A DNA stretch of 64,000 bases, taken from the NCBI RefSeq assembly GCF_006345805.1, contig NC_042998.1, positions 160,394,001 to 160,458,000 of the forward strand, given 5' to 3'. Below the pieces are notes generated by a model. It worked only from the letters and a program-made list of their open reading frames with translations. It ran no database searches and had not been told where the DNA came from. Shown one piece after another: positions 23,166 through 35,202 of the stretch. The number at the start of each line of letters is the position of its first letter. The stretch's first letter is position 1. The translations under genes were made by a program, and so were the position numbers. The stretch is from Octopus sinensis (lineage: Eukaryota).

Positions 23166-24679
23166 ACAAAATCCCATTGTAACTGTTGAGGAACTAGCAG
23201 AGAAGCTTGGGTTTGTTCATTCAACCATTCATCGATACCTGCGTGCCATCGGAAAAGTCAGCAAATTGGGTCATTGGGTTCTTCACAAACTTTCTGAGTC
23301 TAATTGCATGCAGAGAGTGAATTTGTACTCTTCTTCACTGTCATGTCTCATGAATGCACTTTTTTTGGACTGTATGGTGACTGGTGGCAAGAAAAGGGTT
23401 CTCTGTAAAAAATATCAAGTGCTGAAGGGAAAGGAGAAACACCAGCATCCCAGGTTAAAGAAGGTATTCACCCACGTAAGGTGTTGTTATCTGTTTGATG
23501 GAATATGAAATGTTTAGTCCACTTTGAACTTTTAAACTCAAACAAAACAATAACAAAGGAGAGGTACTGCAAGTAGCTTGAGCGGCTTAAGTCAACACTA
23601 GAAGGAAAATGACCACCTTCAGTTTCAAGATGAAAGGTGTTCTTCCATCAGGATAATGCTTAGCCACATACAGTGAGGATGACATTCCGAAGGCTGGAAC
23701 AGTCTGAATAGAAAACAATGCCCCACCCACCATATTTGCCAGACATTTCCCCATCTGATTATCATTTATTCCACAGTCTTCAAAATCATTTGGACAGAAA
23801 AAATATGAATTCTGTAGACAAGGTCAGAACAGTACTGGAGGAGTATTTTTTTTGTCATGGACAAGTGAATGTTGGAAGAGGAGCCTTGCAAGTCTACCAG
23901 ATAGATGGAAGAGCATTGTTGGAAATGAAAGAGAGTATATTTTAGATTTAAAAAAAACTCCGTTAATCTTAATTTTGAAAAATAAAAGAAGTATTAAAAC
24001 TACATTATATTTATGGGATGACCCAATACATACATGGAATTGAAGAAGTATATGTCACTTGAGTAACTTACATCCTTCATTGCAGCCTTTTAAATTTTTT
24101 GAATACATCTCACAGAACCTGAGTGATACCTTTGTAAACCCTACGGGCCCCGTGGACTACAAGCTGGGGACCACATCTTTAGGATATTCAGATTAGAAGG
24201 TTTATTATTGAACTTGTTAATTAACAAAGTCATTGTAAGCAAAAGGCATAAATAGTATTTTATATAAATATAAAACTGCAAATGTTTAATAACAGGGAAG
24301 AAACGAGATGCTGTGACAATCATACATTTACCAATGATATTAATATTAGCTGAACAAAAGTGGACCTTTCCATAAATTATAAGAGCTATGTGTTCTGTTT
24401 GATGGCAGGTTACCCATGAGCTTATTTAATTCCTGGTGTTGTTTTTATTTAGCCACATGTCTTGTGTAGTACACAAGTTTACAAACGTACTTCTACATGA
24501 TTACTGAATCTGCTGAAAATAGCAACCAATACACCTCATATCACTCTATTACAATAAAAAATGGCAGCATTCCTTGAATAATGTAGATTTGGAACCCCCT
24601 CCCTCTCCTCCATAAACATGTAATGGTTGCAGCTAGAGTCTCATTGATTTTAGCTCTGCCAGAACAAGGTCATATATAT

Positions 24680-24840
24680 ATATGACAATTTTCTTTCAGT
24701 GTCAGTCTACCAAATCCATTCACAGGATTTTGGTTGGCCTGAGACTATAGTAAAAGACACCTGCCCAAAGCGTCGTGCAGTGGGACTGAACTCAAAACCA
24801 TGTGGCTGTGAGGCAAATGTCTTAACCGTGCAGCCATGCA
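24680..24840 (-). mobile_element. SINE family A, 5' half
   Basis: gtctaccaaatccattcacagg...tgggactgaactc...ttaaccgtgcagccat. Confidence 0.8.
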
Positions 24841-25335
24841 ACAACAATATCAATTATCATTTTTAAAGTTAAATTTAGTGAACATGAGTTTATATGCATT
24901 TAATTTTTTCATGACTGGTTTATTTTAAATCAGGTATTCTTGTTGTATCAAGTGTTTCTGGTTTTTCTAATTATTTTTGTAGAATTTAATTTTCGCTTTT
25001 TTTTTAGAAAAGCCAATCCACCAATTTTCTTTGCATTTCAGTCTGCTGACTAATGACAAGAAAATTGGAAATAGCAACTCTTTTGGTTAGTGATTTAGTA
25101 TTCTGCTATTGCTAGTTTTATTCTTTAATATACCTTTCTGTTTGTTCTAAGTAGCAACCATACTTTTCAAACTTTAATATTGTTCTTTTCATTCTTGATG
25201 TGGAATGCATCAGAAGATGCGATCAAACTTCTTTTGCTGTGTGTTTGAGGTAACATCCTATGGCCATTCTACTGATATGCAATTGTCATATTTGATTTCA
25301 TTGTCAAGTGATAAGAAACAAAAATAATACACACA

Positions 25336-25549
25336 AATTGAAGTGTACAGTATTGTATATCTATTACAGCTGATCTTACTAATTCGTTTCACACTAGAGT
25401 TTCAATGGAATGTTAGATAACAGCCCAATTACATAACCCTGCACTCTTTTGCATAATTGGGCTGTTACCTGATGCTCTGTTGAACCCCTAGTGCGAAACC
25501 AATTGGTAAGATCGGCTGTAATGGATATATAATACTGTACACTTCAATT
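25336..25549. repeat. ~214-bp foldback (about 100-bp arms), probably Penelope-like terminal repeat
   Basis: aattgaagtgtacagtatt...cagcccaatta / taattgggctg...aatactgtacacttcaatt; mismatches mostly transitions. Confidence 0.85.
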
Positions 25550-26039
25550 AATATACCCACTCTATTGACAAACATATGAGTGCATATTTTTTTCTGGTCT
25601 ATGGGTTCTAAGGTAAAAAAAAAAAACCCAAACAAACACATATTGTATTAGGCTGATACTCAGGAAATGAGAATATGAACATATATATATATACATATAA
25701 TTCTCTGTTGATTCACTAGAAGTGATAAATTACAGGACTCAATACACTTGTAGCATATTCTTTACTACATTATAAGTCAAAGGCTCTGATTTCCAGTACT
25801 CAGAGTTACTCATCTCCAATCATCAGTTGGTATACTAAACCTGGTTTTCTTTAGAAATATCTACTGTCTGAATATTTTTTGAAATACAAAATGAAAGTTT
25901 GAAGAAAACGCTAACGTTTATGTTCTGTTTAAAAACTTTTGTGAATGACACATACAGAACTGGCTGCTTCAAACTTAGGCTTTTGATTTTCTTTCCTGGT
26001 TTTTATTATATTATAAACTTCATAAACTCCATTACAAGC

Positions 26040-26256
26040 AAAGTCATGAAATTAGCATGTAAAAAGCACTGGTGGTGATACCATGTAAAAAGTACCCAGT
26101 ACATATTGTAAAGTGGTTGGCATTCGGAAGGGGATCCAGCTGTAGAAACCATGGCAAAGCAGGCACAGGAGCTGGGTGCTGCTCCTGGCCTTCCCAGCTC
26201 CTGTCAAACCATCCAACCCATGCCAGCATGGAGAACAGACATTAAATAATGATGAT
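26040..26256 (+). mobile_element. RTE 3' tail fragment
   Basis: gtggttggcattcggaagggatccagctgtagaaacc...ccatgccagcatggagaacagacattaaat(gat)n. Confidence 0.85.
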
Positions 26257-26337
26257 GAGTATGTTTTGTGTGTGTGTGTGTACATATATATGTGCATGCA
26301 TATATTTGTGTTTGTGTGCATATCTACATACATGCAT

Positions 26338-26385
<48 letters not shown>

Positions 26386-27074
26386 CACACCTGACTAATA
26401 GCATTTGTTTAAATCTGAGTGACAATTGTGCACCTTTAATTTCATGTCCAGGTGTTTATAAACAAGAAACTTGCAGTAATGTTATATAAATCAACTCCAG
26501 CAAATTGAGAATGTATTAATTTGTAATAGTTTGTAATCTGAGATTGCTAACAACAGCATAAGCGGGAGAGTGTGGAGGGGGAGGGGCATGGCATATTTGG
26601 GACAATAGGTATGTGTGTTGAACATCATTATTTCTTAGACCATCTGCATGTTCTAGGTTTGCTTTGTCAAAAGTTGGCTTTGGCTACACAACAACTTTGA
26701 CAGCAACCACAACAGCAATGATGATGATAACAATGAAGATGATGATGATGATGATGTGGTTGAGGTTACATTTTGTCAATGTTTGTACTTCATTTGAAAA
26801 TTTCCTTGCAAAAAAGAAATATGAAATGCAAACACAGCCAAATGCATAGAATTTTCTCAGTGATACAAGTCTCCTTCATCTGAATTGTGTCTTAATTTTC
26901 TTTTCACATGATGATATCATGTGATGATGCCATCTATATGTGAGTTTCATGAAGTCAGTTATCTAGCTTGAAATTTTTGCAAGATTTGGGAAAAAAATTA
27001 AAATACTCAATCACAGTTGATAATGAAATTCAAAACAACAGATTGTGGATCAAGTTGTTTACTTCTGTGTATGA

Positions 27075-27119
<45 letters not shown>

Positions 27120-27722
27120 GAGTAAGAGAGAGAATATATGGAAAAGACCAGTTGCTTTTGTTTACTTTTGACTTGTTTATGAAAATAAATGAATGCATAA
27201 AGATTCTAAGGTATGAGCAGGGGGTTAACAGTTTCTGTTTCGTTTGTTGGTTCCCTTTGATAAACTCTGCAATTTATTCCCCTTCTCCTTCACTCACACA
27301 CACACACACACTCACGCTCCATTATACTCTGCCTTTCTTTGTTTTCTCATGGCCTCACCTTATCGTATCTGAATATAACAAATTCAAGGTTGTTTATTTC
27401 CATGTGTTTGGTGATTGCATTGCATAACACTTTTTTTTTTCTTGTGTGAAAAAAAAAAAAAAAATAAAATAAAATAAAAATGCTGTCATGTGTTGATGTA
27501 AAGAAATTTTTGTTTTCACATGTGCAGCTTTCCGTGTAAGTATACCATCACTGCGTGCAGCCCAATCACATATTAAACATGACATCTTATTGTCACTAAC
27601 ACACTCTGTCGGTGTCAATGATATGGCCTGTTCTGCTACAGTCAACCACTTTCACACTGATATGCATTGATTTCATATGGCAGCCATTTGCACATAGAGA
27701 GTAAACAAAACAGGAAACTTAC

Positions 27723-27745
27723 TCTTTCCTGTCTTCAGAAGCCAT
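27723..27745 (-). CDS. Candidate first coding exon (MASEDRK, phase-2 donor)
   Basis: ccaaaATGGCTTCTGAAGACAGGAAAGA|gtaagt: strong start context and consensus donor. Confidence 0.3.
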
Positions 27746-28636
27746 TTTGGATAGAACTCAATGCTTGAACTAATAACCCCTGAATCATTCTTCACACACA
27801 CATATATGTATATGTGTGTGTGTGTGTCACACATTTATATATATGTGTGTGTGTCTATATGTATGTATAGAAGCAGCACAGATACGCACAAATACATAAA
27901 CTCATGATACAGATATACACATTCAAATAGATACACGCATATACAGTCTCACTCATGTACATGTACACACTATATGCATACATATAGAATATTTTTTCCA
28001 TTTTGGTTGTTACAACATCCATATTATATATATGTATATGTATATGCGTGTGTGTGTGTGTATGTGTGTGTGTGTGTGTATATGATAGTTAGATAGGCAG
28101 ATATAGATATTTACAGTATTTGTAAGTTATCTTTTATTGTCTATATATTTGTATTTGATGTATGTTTGTTTTTATAGTGTGTATGGATGTATGTGCAATT
28201 TGTGTATAGATGAATGTCAGTGTTTGTATTTTCATCTGTATATGTAGGACATAAGCAATGGGGATTGTCTTTAACTATCTTTTTGCTATCAGCATTCATG
28301 CTCACACACACATGCACATGTGCACACACTCTCACAAAATAAACATGTATGAGTTTGTGTGTGTCTATAAGTGTGTGTGTGTGTTTAATGAAAGTCACTA
28401 TCCTTTACTAACTCCTCTTAATTGTTCAATAAGATTTTTTATTCTCAAAGAACATGTTCTTGGCATAAGTTTACACTTAACTCTACACAGTGATCTGTTT
28501 TGCCCTGTAAGAATAAGGTTGTGTGGTGAAATTGATAAGTGTAGATTTTGGTTCCACTGCCTGTTACTTTGGGCAAATGTCTTCTGCTATAGCCTTGTGA
28601 AAAGGATTGGTTTAGAGAAACTTAGAAAGAGCTTGT

Positions 28637-28638
<2 letters not shown>

Positions 28639-28725
<87 letters not shown>

Positions 28726-28750
28726 GTGTGTGTGTGTGTGTGTGTGTGTG
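28639..28750. repeat. (TG)n(TA)n(TG)n compound microsatellite
   Basis: Visible. Confidence 0.95.
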
Positions 28751-29036
28751 CATGCATATGTGAATGTCACTTCCATGTGTCCTTGTTAGCAACACCTCAG
28801 CAAAAACAGCAGGGTCTTTATTTTCATTCCCTGCTTAGCAGAAATCCTGTAGATTCACTGGCTTTGTTGCTTTCTACATATGAATGCTGTTAGAATGAAT
28901 ATAGGTCACTTGGAAAACAAGGAAGGGTGGGTTAGCAACAGAAAATGCATATGCATTGATAAGTATGGATATTTTTATGAAAGTATATGTACTTGTATGA
29001 TTGTGTGTGTGTGTGTATGTGTGTGATTAAAATATT

Positions 29037-29250
29037 GGTTTCAAATTTTGGCACAAGGCCAGCAATTCTGGGTAGGCGGTAAGTCAATTGCATGGACCCC
29101 AGTACTTAACTGGTACTTATTTTATCGACCCTGAAAGGATGAAAGGCAAATCGACCTCGGTGGAATTTGAACTCAGAATGTAAAAATGGATGAAATGCCA
29201 CTAAGCATTTTGCCCAGTGTGCTAATGATTCTACGAGATTGCTGCCTTAT
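29037..29250 (-). mobile_element. SINE family B
   Basis: Full copy; taaaatattg at 29028-29037 and 29256-29265 is a possible TSD. Confidence 0.85.
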
Positions 29251-29396
29251 GTAAGTAAAATATTGTGCTTGTGTGTAGATATATATATGTGTGTACATAA
29301 GTATGTATGCATATATATGTGTGTGGCATCTTGGGCAAATATCCTTTTGTTTAATCTATACTTGCATGGTAAATGATATTGTTCAGTTTGTGTGTG

Positions 29397-29432
<36 letters not shown>

Positions 29433-29437
<5 letters not shown>

Positions 29438-29774
29438 CCACCAATCTGCTTTGCTTTCCTTTTCTTTCTACATGCCACCCTAAAAACATCGCCATTCCCG
29501 CCCGTTTCTCTAAAAGTTCAACCTTCACATATTCCCTTTAATTCGATCTCCACCATTCACTATCATTTCTTCCCCTGGCTTACAGCGATGTCCATGAGCA
29601 GGCTAAGATTTCTCCCTTCTTTTTTCATACATACATACATACATTTGTCTACCGTTTAAATGTTTTGAACTTATAACCACCAATCTGCTTTGCTTTCCTT
29701 TTCTTTCTACATGCCACCCTAAAAACATCGCCATTCCCGCCCGTTTCTCTAAAGTTCAACCTTCGCATATTCCC
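29433..29774. repeat. Near-identical ~104-bp direct repeats (29433-29536, 29672-29774)
   Basis: tataaccaccaatctgctttg...ccattcccgcccgtttctc...catattccc twice, differing by about 2 nt. Confidence 0.92.
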
Positions 29775-30039
29775 GGTGCACCCGCCCTTGCCCACCCCCA
29801 CCACCAATACCGGATATCTCTATATTTTTGTTCCATCTATACCGGATGTCGCTTCTCCCACCACCATTATAGGTGTCTACTCTTCGAACCCCCCTCTTCA
29901 ACACGCTATTTCACCATGCATTACCCTCTCTTGATATCCTACGTTCTACTTGCCTAGAACCTGTCATCATTTCTCTGAACCACCCCTCCCCACTGGTGCT
30001 CCCCTATATATTTCTGCACCCCCCCCCACATAAAAAGCA

Positions 30040-30276
30040 CCATCCGAACGTGGCCGATGCCAGACCCCTCTGGCACCTGTGCAGGTGGCACGTAAAAAAC
30101 ACCCACTACACTCGCGGAGTGGTTGGCGTTAGGAAGGGCATCCAGCTGTAGAAACACTGCCAGACTAGACTGGAGCCTGGGGCAGTCCCGAGCTCCCCAG
30201 ACCCCGGTCGAAACCGTCCAACCCGTGCTAGCGCGGAAAACGGACGTTAAACGATGATGATGATGATGATGATGAT
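30040..30276 (+). mobile_element. Young RTE 3' tail fragment
   Basis: CpG-retaining aaaagcaccatccgaacgtggccg...cggacgttaaac(gat)n. Confidence 0.88.
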
Positions 30277-30979
30277 ATAATATATAGAGAGATTCTTTAT
30301 TTGTGGATTAAGGCTTCAATTGGTTTCATGTTAAGGAAGTCCTTAACAAATATCAAGCCTATCACATGGAACATGGGTGTTTGCCTCCATTGTGGTATCC
30401 ACAACTTCCACCAATGTGATGCTGAGCATTCGTTCTCATTGTTTAATATTTGTATGTACACACACACATACACACACACGCATGTGTGCACTTATTAGTG
30501 TAGTCCTTTCAGCTAAGGTCTAGTTTGTGTTCAATTTGAATAGCAGTTAATGATAAGTTTTGTTTGTGGCCTGAAGGTATGCAATGATACTTGTCCTCTG
30601 ATGATGATCAACAAATAGCGAAATATGTCAGAGGAATCTCTTTTATTTTTTTCTGTCCATGAAAGTTCTAGTTTGAAAGATTTAAGAAGTGTAGTTTAAC
30701 TACTTCAGTTTTTCTCATGTTTTCTAATACATCCTGTGCTGTGTATACACACATGCATGCGTGCACACACACACACACACACACACACAAATGCATACAT
30801 ATGCATATAGATCCAGCTGAGCAGTTTTTGAACTTCCATCCTTGGTGTCTTATCTGTTTATGTATATCCAGGATTACATTGTACAATGTGTCTTCCATAT
30901 TTGTTAAAGCTTTACTTTGTAATTTGAAAGAGAATTGTTTGTTATTTCTATAAGTTTGAGAAACTACTTAAAAGGTCCT

Positions 30980-31500
30980 TGATTAGCAAGGAAGAAGATA
31001 ATTAGTTATGTCTAATTAGTTTTGGAGTTGGGCGTAGTGAGAACACAGTAGGTTGTGTGAAGAAGGGGTGGTGGTAGATATGTGAAAGGTAGAGTGTGAT
31101 GTTGCTTGGTAGTAAGACATGGGTATTGAATATAGAAGATCTGTTGAGATTGGAGAGAAATGGTATGAAATGTATATCTATTGGGTGTATAATGTGACCT
31201 CTGTATATAAGGCAGAGCAGTACTGGCCTGAGTGAATGACATTTTGCATTCAAGGCATTAGTGTAAGTGTGCAAGAGAGGCAGTCATACTGCTATGGACT
31301 TGATATGTTATTGGATAATGGACACTTGCAGAAAAAAAAAGGTCATATGCAATCAGTAGGAGGGTAACTGTAAGTAGAGGGAGACTGAGAATGAAGAGGT
31401 TGGATGTCACTTTTCTGCGAATCCCATGCTTTAGAGAAGACATTGACGAAAGACCAAGATGTATGATAATATTCTCCATAGTCACCCTTTACATTAGCAA
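30980..31500 (+). mobile_element. Old RTE LINE 3' ORF remnant
   Basis: ..TWVLNIEDLLRLERNGMKC..VQER.. collinear with the RTE C-terminus. Confidence 0.7.
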
Positions 31501-31549
31501 TGCAATTCAAATGTCATAATTCATAATGATGTTGTTGTCGTTGTTGCTG

Positions 31550-31721
31550 CTGCTGGCAGAATCGTTAGCATGCCGGCAAATGCTTAGCAGCATTTCATCC
31601 ATCTTTACATTCTGAGTTCAAATTTCACTGAGGTTGACTTTATCTTTCATCCTTGTGGGTTCAACGTAATTGACTTACCCTTACCCCTGGGATTGCTGGC
31701 CTTGTGCCAAAGTTTGAAACA

Positions 31722-31765
<44 letters not shown>
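31550..31765 (+). mobile_element. SINE family B with (ATT)n tail
   Basis: ctggcagaatcgttagcatgccggc...gagttcaaattt...ggccttgtgccaaagtttgaaac(att)n. Confidence 0.85.
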
Positions 31766-31766
<1 letters not shown>

Positions 31767-31974
31767 GATGTTAGTATTATGATTGATTGTTCTTGGGAAT
31801 TGTAAAATTGTGAAGTGGTTTCCTGCTGACATCTTCACTGCAGTGTGTGATAGCCATATTTTGGGTTACCAGAATGCCTACCACAGTCCATCACTCAAGG
31901 ATCATCTGCTGAGACACTTGTACTGCACCACTGCTGCCTAGGGTAGGACATGGCTAAGCCTATTCAAAAGCAGA

Positions 31975-32515
31975 CTAAACTTGCATTCTCAAAATTGTAC
32001 ATCTTGGAAAACTGTACTCTGTGTATCAAGACCAAGATGTGTTTATTGAAATGCTGTGTCTACCCTGTGTTAATGTATGGAAGTGAGGTATGGTCTATAA
32101 TATCAGAAATGTGAAGGTACTTGGAGAGCTCTAAATTTGGTTCTTAAGGGGAATATTGAGGATAGTATTGACAGACAGCGATAACCTGGGCTGTGGCTAA
32201 TAAAAAAATCTATGGTAAATAGGAAACTGCTTCATGAGATAAGGACCATGCAACTGAGATTTCTTGGTCATGTGATGAAGAAAGAGGGCCTGGAGAGGGC
32301 CTGGTGAATTTAATGATGACCAGAAAGATTGAAGGGAAAAGAAGCAGAGGAAGGAGAAGGATGATATGGATGTCAAATTTGACAAACTGGTTACAAGAAA
32401 GAGGCATTAAACATCAGGAATTGGAAGAGCTACAGAAAACAAAGAACAGAGAATTGTAGCAGGACATGATCACCTATGCCCTACATTTTAGACATGGCAC
32501 CTAAAGAGAAAGAGA
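31975..32515 (+). mobile_element. Second RTE lineage (BovB-like) 3' fragment
   Basis: KTKMCLLKCCVYPVLMYGSEVWSI...QLRFLGHVMKKEGLE...KIEGKRSRGRRRMIWMSNL...RHGT* followed by an AG-rich tail. Confidence 0.8.
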
Positions 32516-32519
32516 TTAT

Positions 32520-32690
32520 TGGGCAGCAAGCTGGTAGAATTATTAGCATGCCAAACAAAAAGCTTTGCAGCATTTCTTTTAGTTTAATGTTCTGATTTCA
32601 AATTCCACCAAGGCCAACTTTGCCTTTTGTATTTTTGAGGTCAAAACATTTCAGGCCTTATATCTAAAGTAGAAAGGATTATTATTATTG
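32520..32690 (+). mobile_element. SINE family B (internally deleted)
   Basis: aagctggtagaattattagc...tttcaaattcc...caggccttatatctaaagtagaaagg(att)n. Confidence 0.7.
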
Positions 32691-32779
32691 TTTTTCTTGT
32701 TGTTGCTTTGTTTAATATGAACTGTTCCAAGTCTCACTCAGAGACTTCAAAAAACAGCAAGTTAGAAATTAAACTGTGG

Positions 32780-33090
32780 TGTTGGCTCAGTAGAATCGTG
32801 AGGCAGTGAATTTGATTCCCAGATTGGGCTATGTGTTGTGTTCTTAATTGAGCAAGACACTTTATTTCATGTTGCTCCAGTTCACTCAACTGTAAAAGTG
32901 AGTTACGACATCACTGGTGCCAAGTTGCATCAGCCTTTGCCTTTCCCTTGGATAACATTGGAGAGGGGAAACTGGTATGCATGGGTGACTGCTGGTCTTT
33001 AATAAACAACCTTGCCTGAACTTGTGTCTCGGAGAATAACTGTCTAGATGCAATCCCATGGTCATTCATGACTGAAAGGGGTCCTGTATT
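32780..33090 (+). mobile_element. tRNA-derived SINE family D
   Basis: tggctcagtagaa head, gagcaagacactttatttcatgttgctccag core, ..ggtcattcatgactgaaagggg end; reverse copy at 43495-43825. Confidence 0.8.
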
Positions 33091-33289
33091 TATGAGTGCC
33101 AAAGATAGCTTTTTAGGAAAGAAGATAAAAAACTGAGAACTAAGATTCAATTAAAAGTTTTCGTAATATTTGAAATTTAAAAAAATGTTTTTAATATTCA
33201 ACTATTCTCACATTGATTGGGCAGAAACCCTGAAAACAATTTTTTAGAGTCCTGATACTTCTTTGGTTTCCTTGTATCTGATAACATTT

Positions 33290-33950
33290 AACCCTTTGGA
33301 GATGGAGCCTCATTTAGAGTTTCAGTGCTAAGAAGGCAGAGCTTTTTTCACAAGCCCTACAGAGGGCATGCACTTATTTTTTGAAAAAATTATAAAAAAA
33401 TAAAGTAACTAATTTACATGTATAAAACTATATTCTTGTAGAAAATTGAATAGATTGATACAATCTTCTTCACCATCCAACTTTTTTGCCTACAGATTGG
33501 CCCTGTCATCTCATAAAGTTTAAGAGCTCAAGACTTCTGTTTCAAGGTCATATTTAACTTTTCAAACATTTTTCACTGAGGTGTTGCAGTCTCCTGAGAT
33601 TTTGATATATCTACTAGCAAACGTGTTTTCTCACTATGATTTTTTCACCATAATATCTGGTCTGTTGGCCTTAATAGCTCTATCAGCTTTAGTACTTAAG
33701 TCCCAAACAAGCGTGATGTCACATCTTACACCTTACTAACCCTTTTGTTGCCAACCTGCCTGAGATTCTTTGTAGCTCTGTGATATACTACATTTGATTT
33801 TACCTTCCATCACAAGTAAGAATTTTTGGCTAAGTTGGATTAATTATAAAATAGCTTTTTTGTTAAATCCTTCCAAATTCACTATTTTTAAGTTGCACTG
33901 AAATAAATAGGCTGTGTATTTCATTAGAAATATGCTCATAAAAGGGTTAA
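33290..33950. mobile_element. Possible piggyBac-type non-autonomous element
   Basis: ttaaccctt left end and aaagggttaa right end; interior unclassified. Confidence 0.4.
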
Positions 33951-34252
33951 AGAATTAAATGTCTGAGATGAATCATTATAAAAATTGTAATTATTCTGAT
34001 TTATTTAATGTCATCTTTAGAGTTTATAAATTACAATTTATAAATTACTGCATGTACATAACAGTAAAGTACAGTCTTACAATATTTATATCTACACTAT
34101 ATTCTGATTGTACAATCTCTAGTTTTCATCAGGGCCATCTAGTTTTTATCATTGGGCCAGTGAAATTTGAATGACAATAGAGATGCAGGAAGTTCAAGAT
34201 GACTACCGGTGGATGGGCTGCAATTGGTCAAAGAAGGTCACGTGATGTTTAG

Positions 34253-34313
<61 letters not shown>

Positions 34314-34735
34314 TATATATATGTATGTATGTATGTATCTATATATATATGTGTGTATGTATATATGCCAGTGTACATGATACCCTTATAAGATAAGGTG
34401 GTTACTACCACTAGTTTGAAATTAAATGTTCTTAATTTGACTCCAATCTGGGATTATATACATATCCATGAATGAGGATCTGATGGCAGAGATTGTCACT
34501 ATTATATAAATTTACTACTCTAAAGAGGATATTAATTGCTGTACAATTACCATGTTGTTTTAACACTAATCCAGACCAACTCATTGACATTTTATATTTA
34601 TATACCTAGAGTTATGGATCTACTTATTGGTTCCAAACTTTTAGCTATTTATCTCTGTCCCATAGATCATAGATCTGTGGAAATAGAACTGAATAGAACT
34701 ACTCAACTGTAATTACATCAATAGAATATATATAT

Positions 34736-34779
<44 letters not shown>

Positions 34780-35140
34780 AGAGTATGTGTGTGTACATAG
34801 TCAGATCATGATTTCAGATTTTGATGTTGACCATCTTAATCCTAATTTGTTGTTTATACTTTGTACTGTTTTAAAAATCAGCACACATTTTCAACGGTTT
34901 TTCTTATAACAGACGTAATTGAGTTTAACCCTAGGTGTTAAGAGTTGCTGATGAGGATTAAAATGGTCTACTTCAAAAATCCAAAATTATCAGTCATCAA
35001 GTTCAGTGCTTTTGTGGCTTTTGAGTTGTTTTAACTCTTATTTTTAGCAAAGGCAGTGCTAGTCAGTACTCTCTGTTACTTTTTGGACCTCTATTAATTT
35101 TGCCTTTAGATTCTAATTGCTAATAAGCCACCCTTTTTAA

Positions 35141-35159
35141 TTTGTGTGTGTGTGTGTGT

Positions 35160-35200
<41 letters not shown>
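35141..35200. repeat. (GT)n microsatellite
   Basis: Visible. Confidence 0.95.

Positions 35201-35202
<2 letters not shown>

Larger units (their letters stand above)
21083..24028 (+). mobile_element. Full-length degenerate mariner (Mos1-like) with two nested insertions
   Basis: TIRs tattggatcatcccataaat / atttatgggatgacccaata; transposase remnants YEFNK..NINAVYG, GKVSKLGHWVLHKLSE, PHPPYLPDISPSDYHLFHSLQNHL. Confidence 0.9.

Noticed and set aside
28649-28712. Single-base phase slip in the middle of (TA)n runs (also 34.3, 34.7 and 56.1 kb)
   Set aside because: Likely slippage or a sequencing/assembly artefact
28258-28893. 211-aa ORF
   Set aside because: Runs through a SINE A head and (TA)n/(TG)n repeats
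34948-34995. ctgatga-ggatt..aatcc-aaaa hammerhead-like motif
   Set aside because: G12 is missing (AAAA rather than GAAA) and there is no stem I
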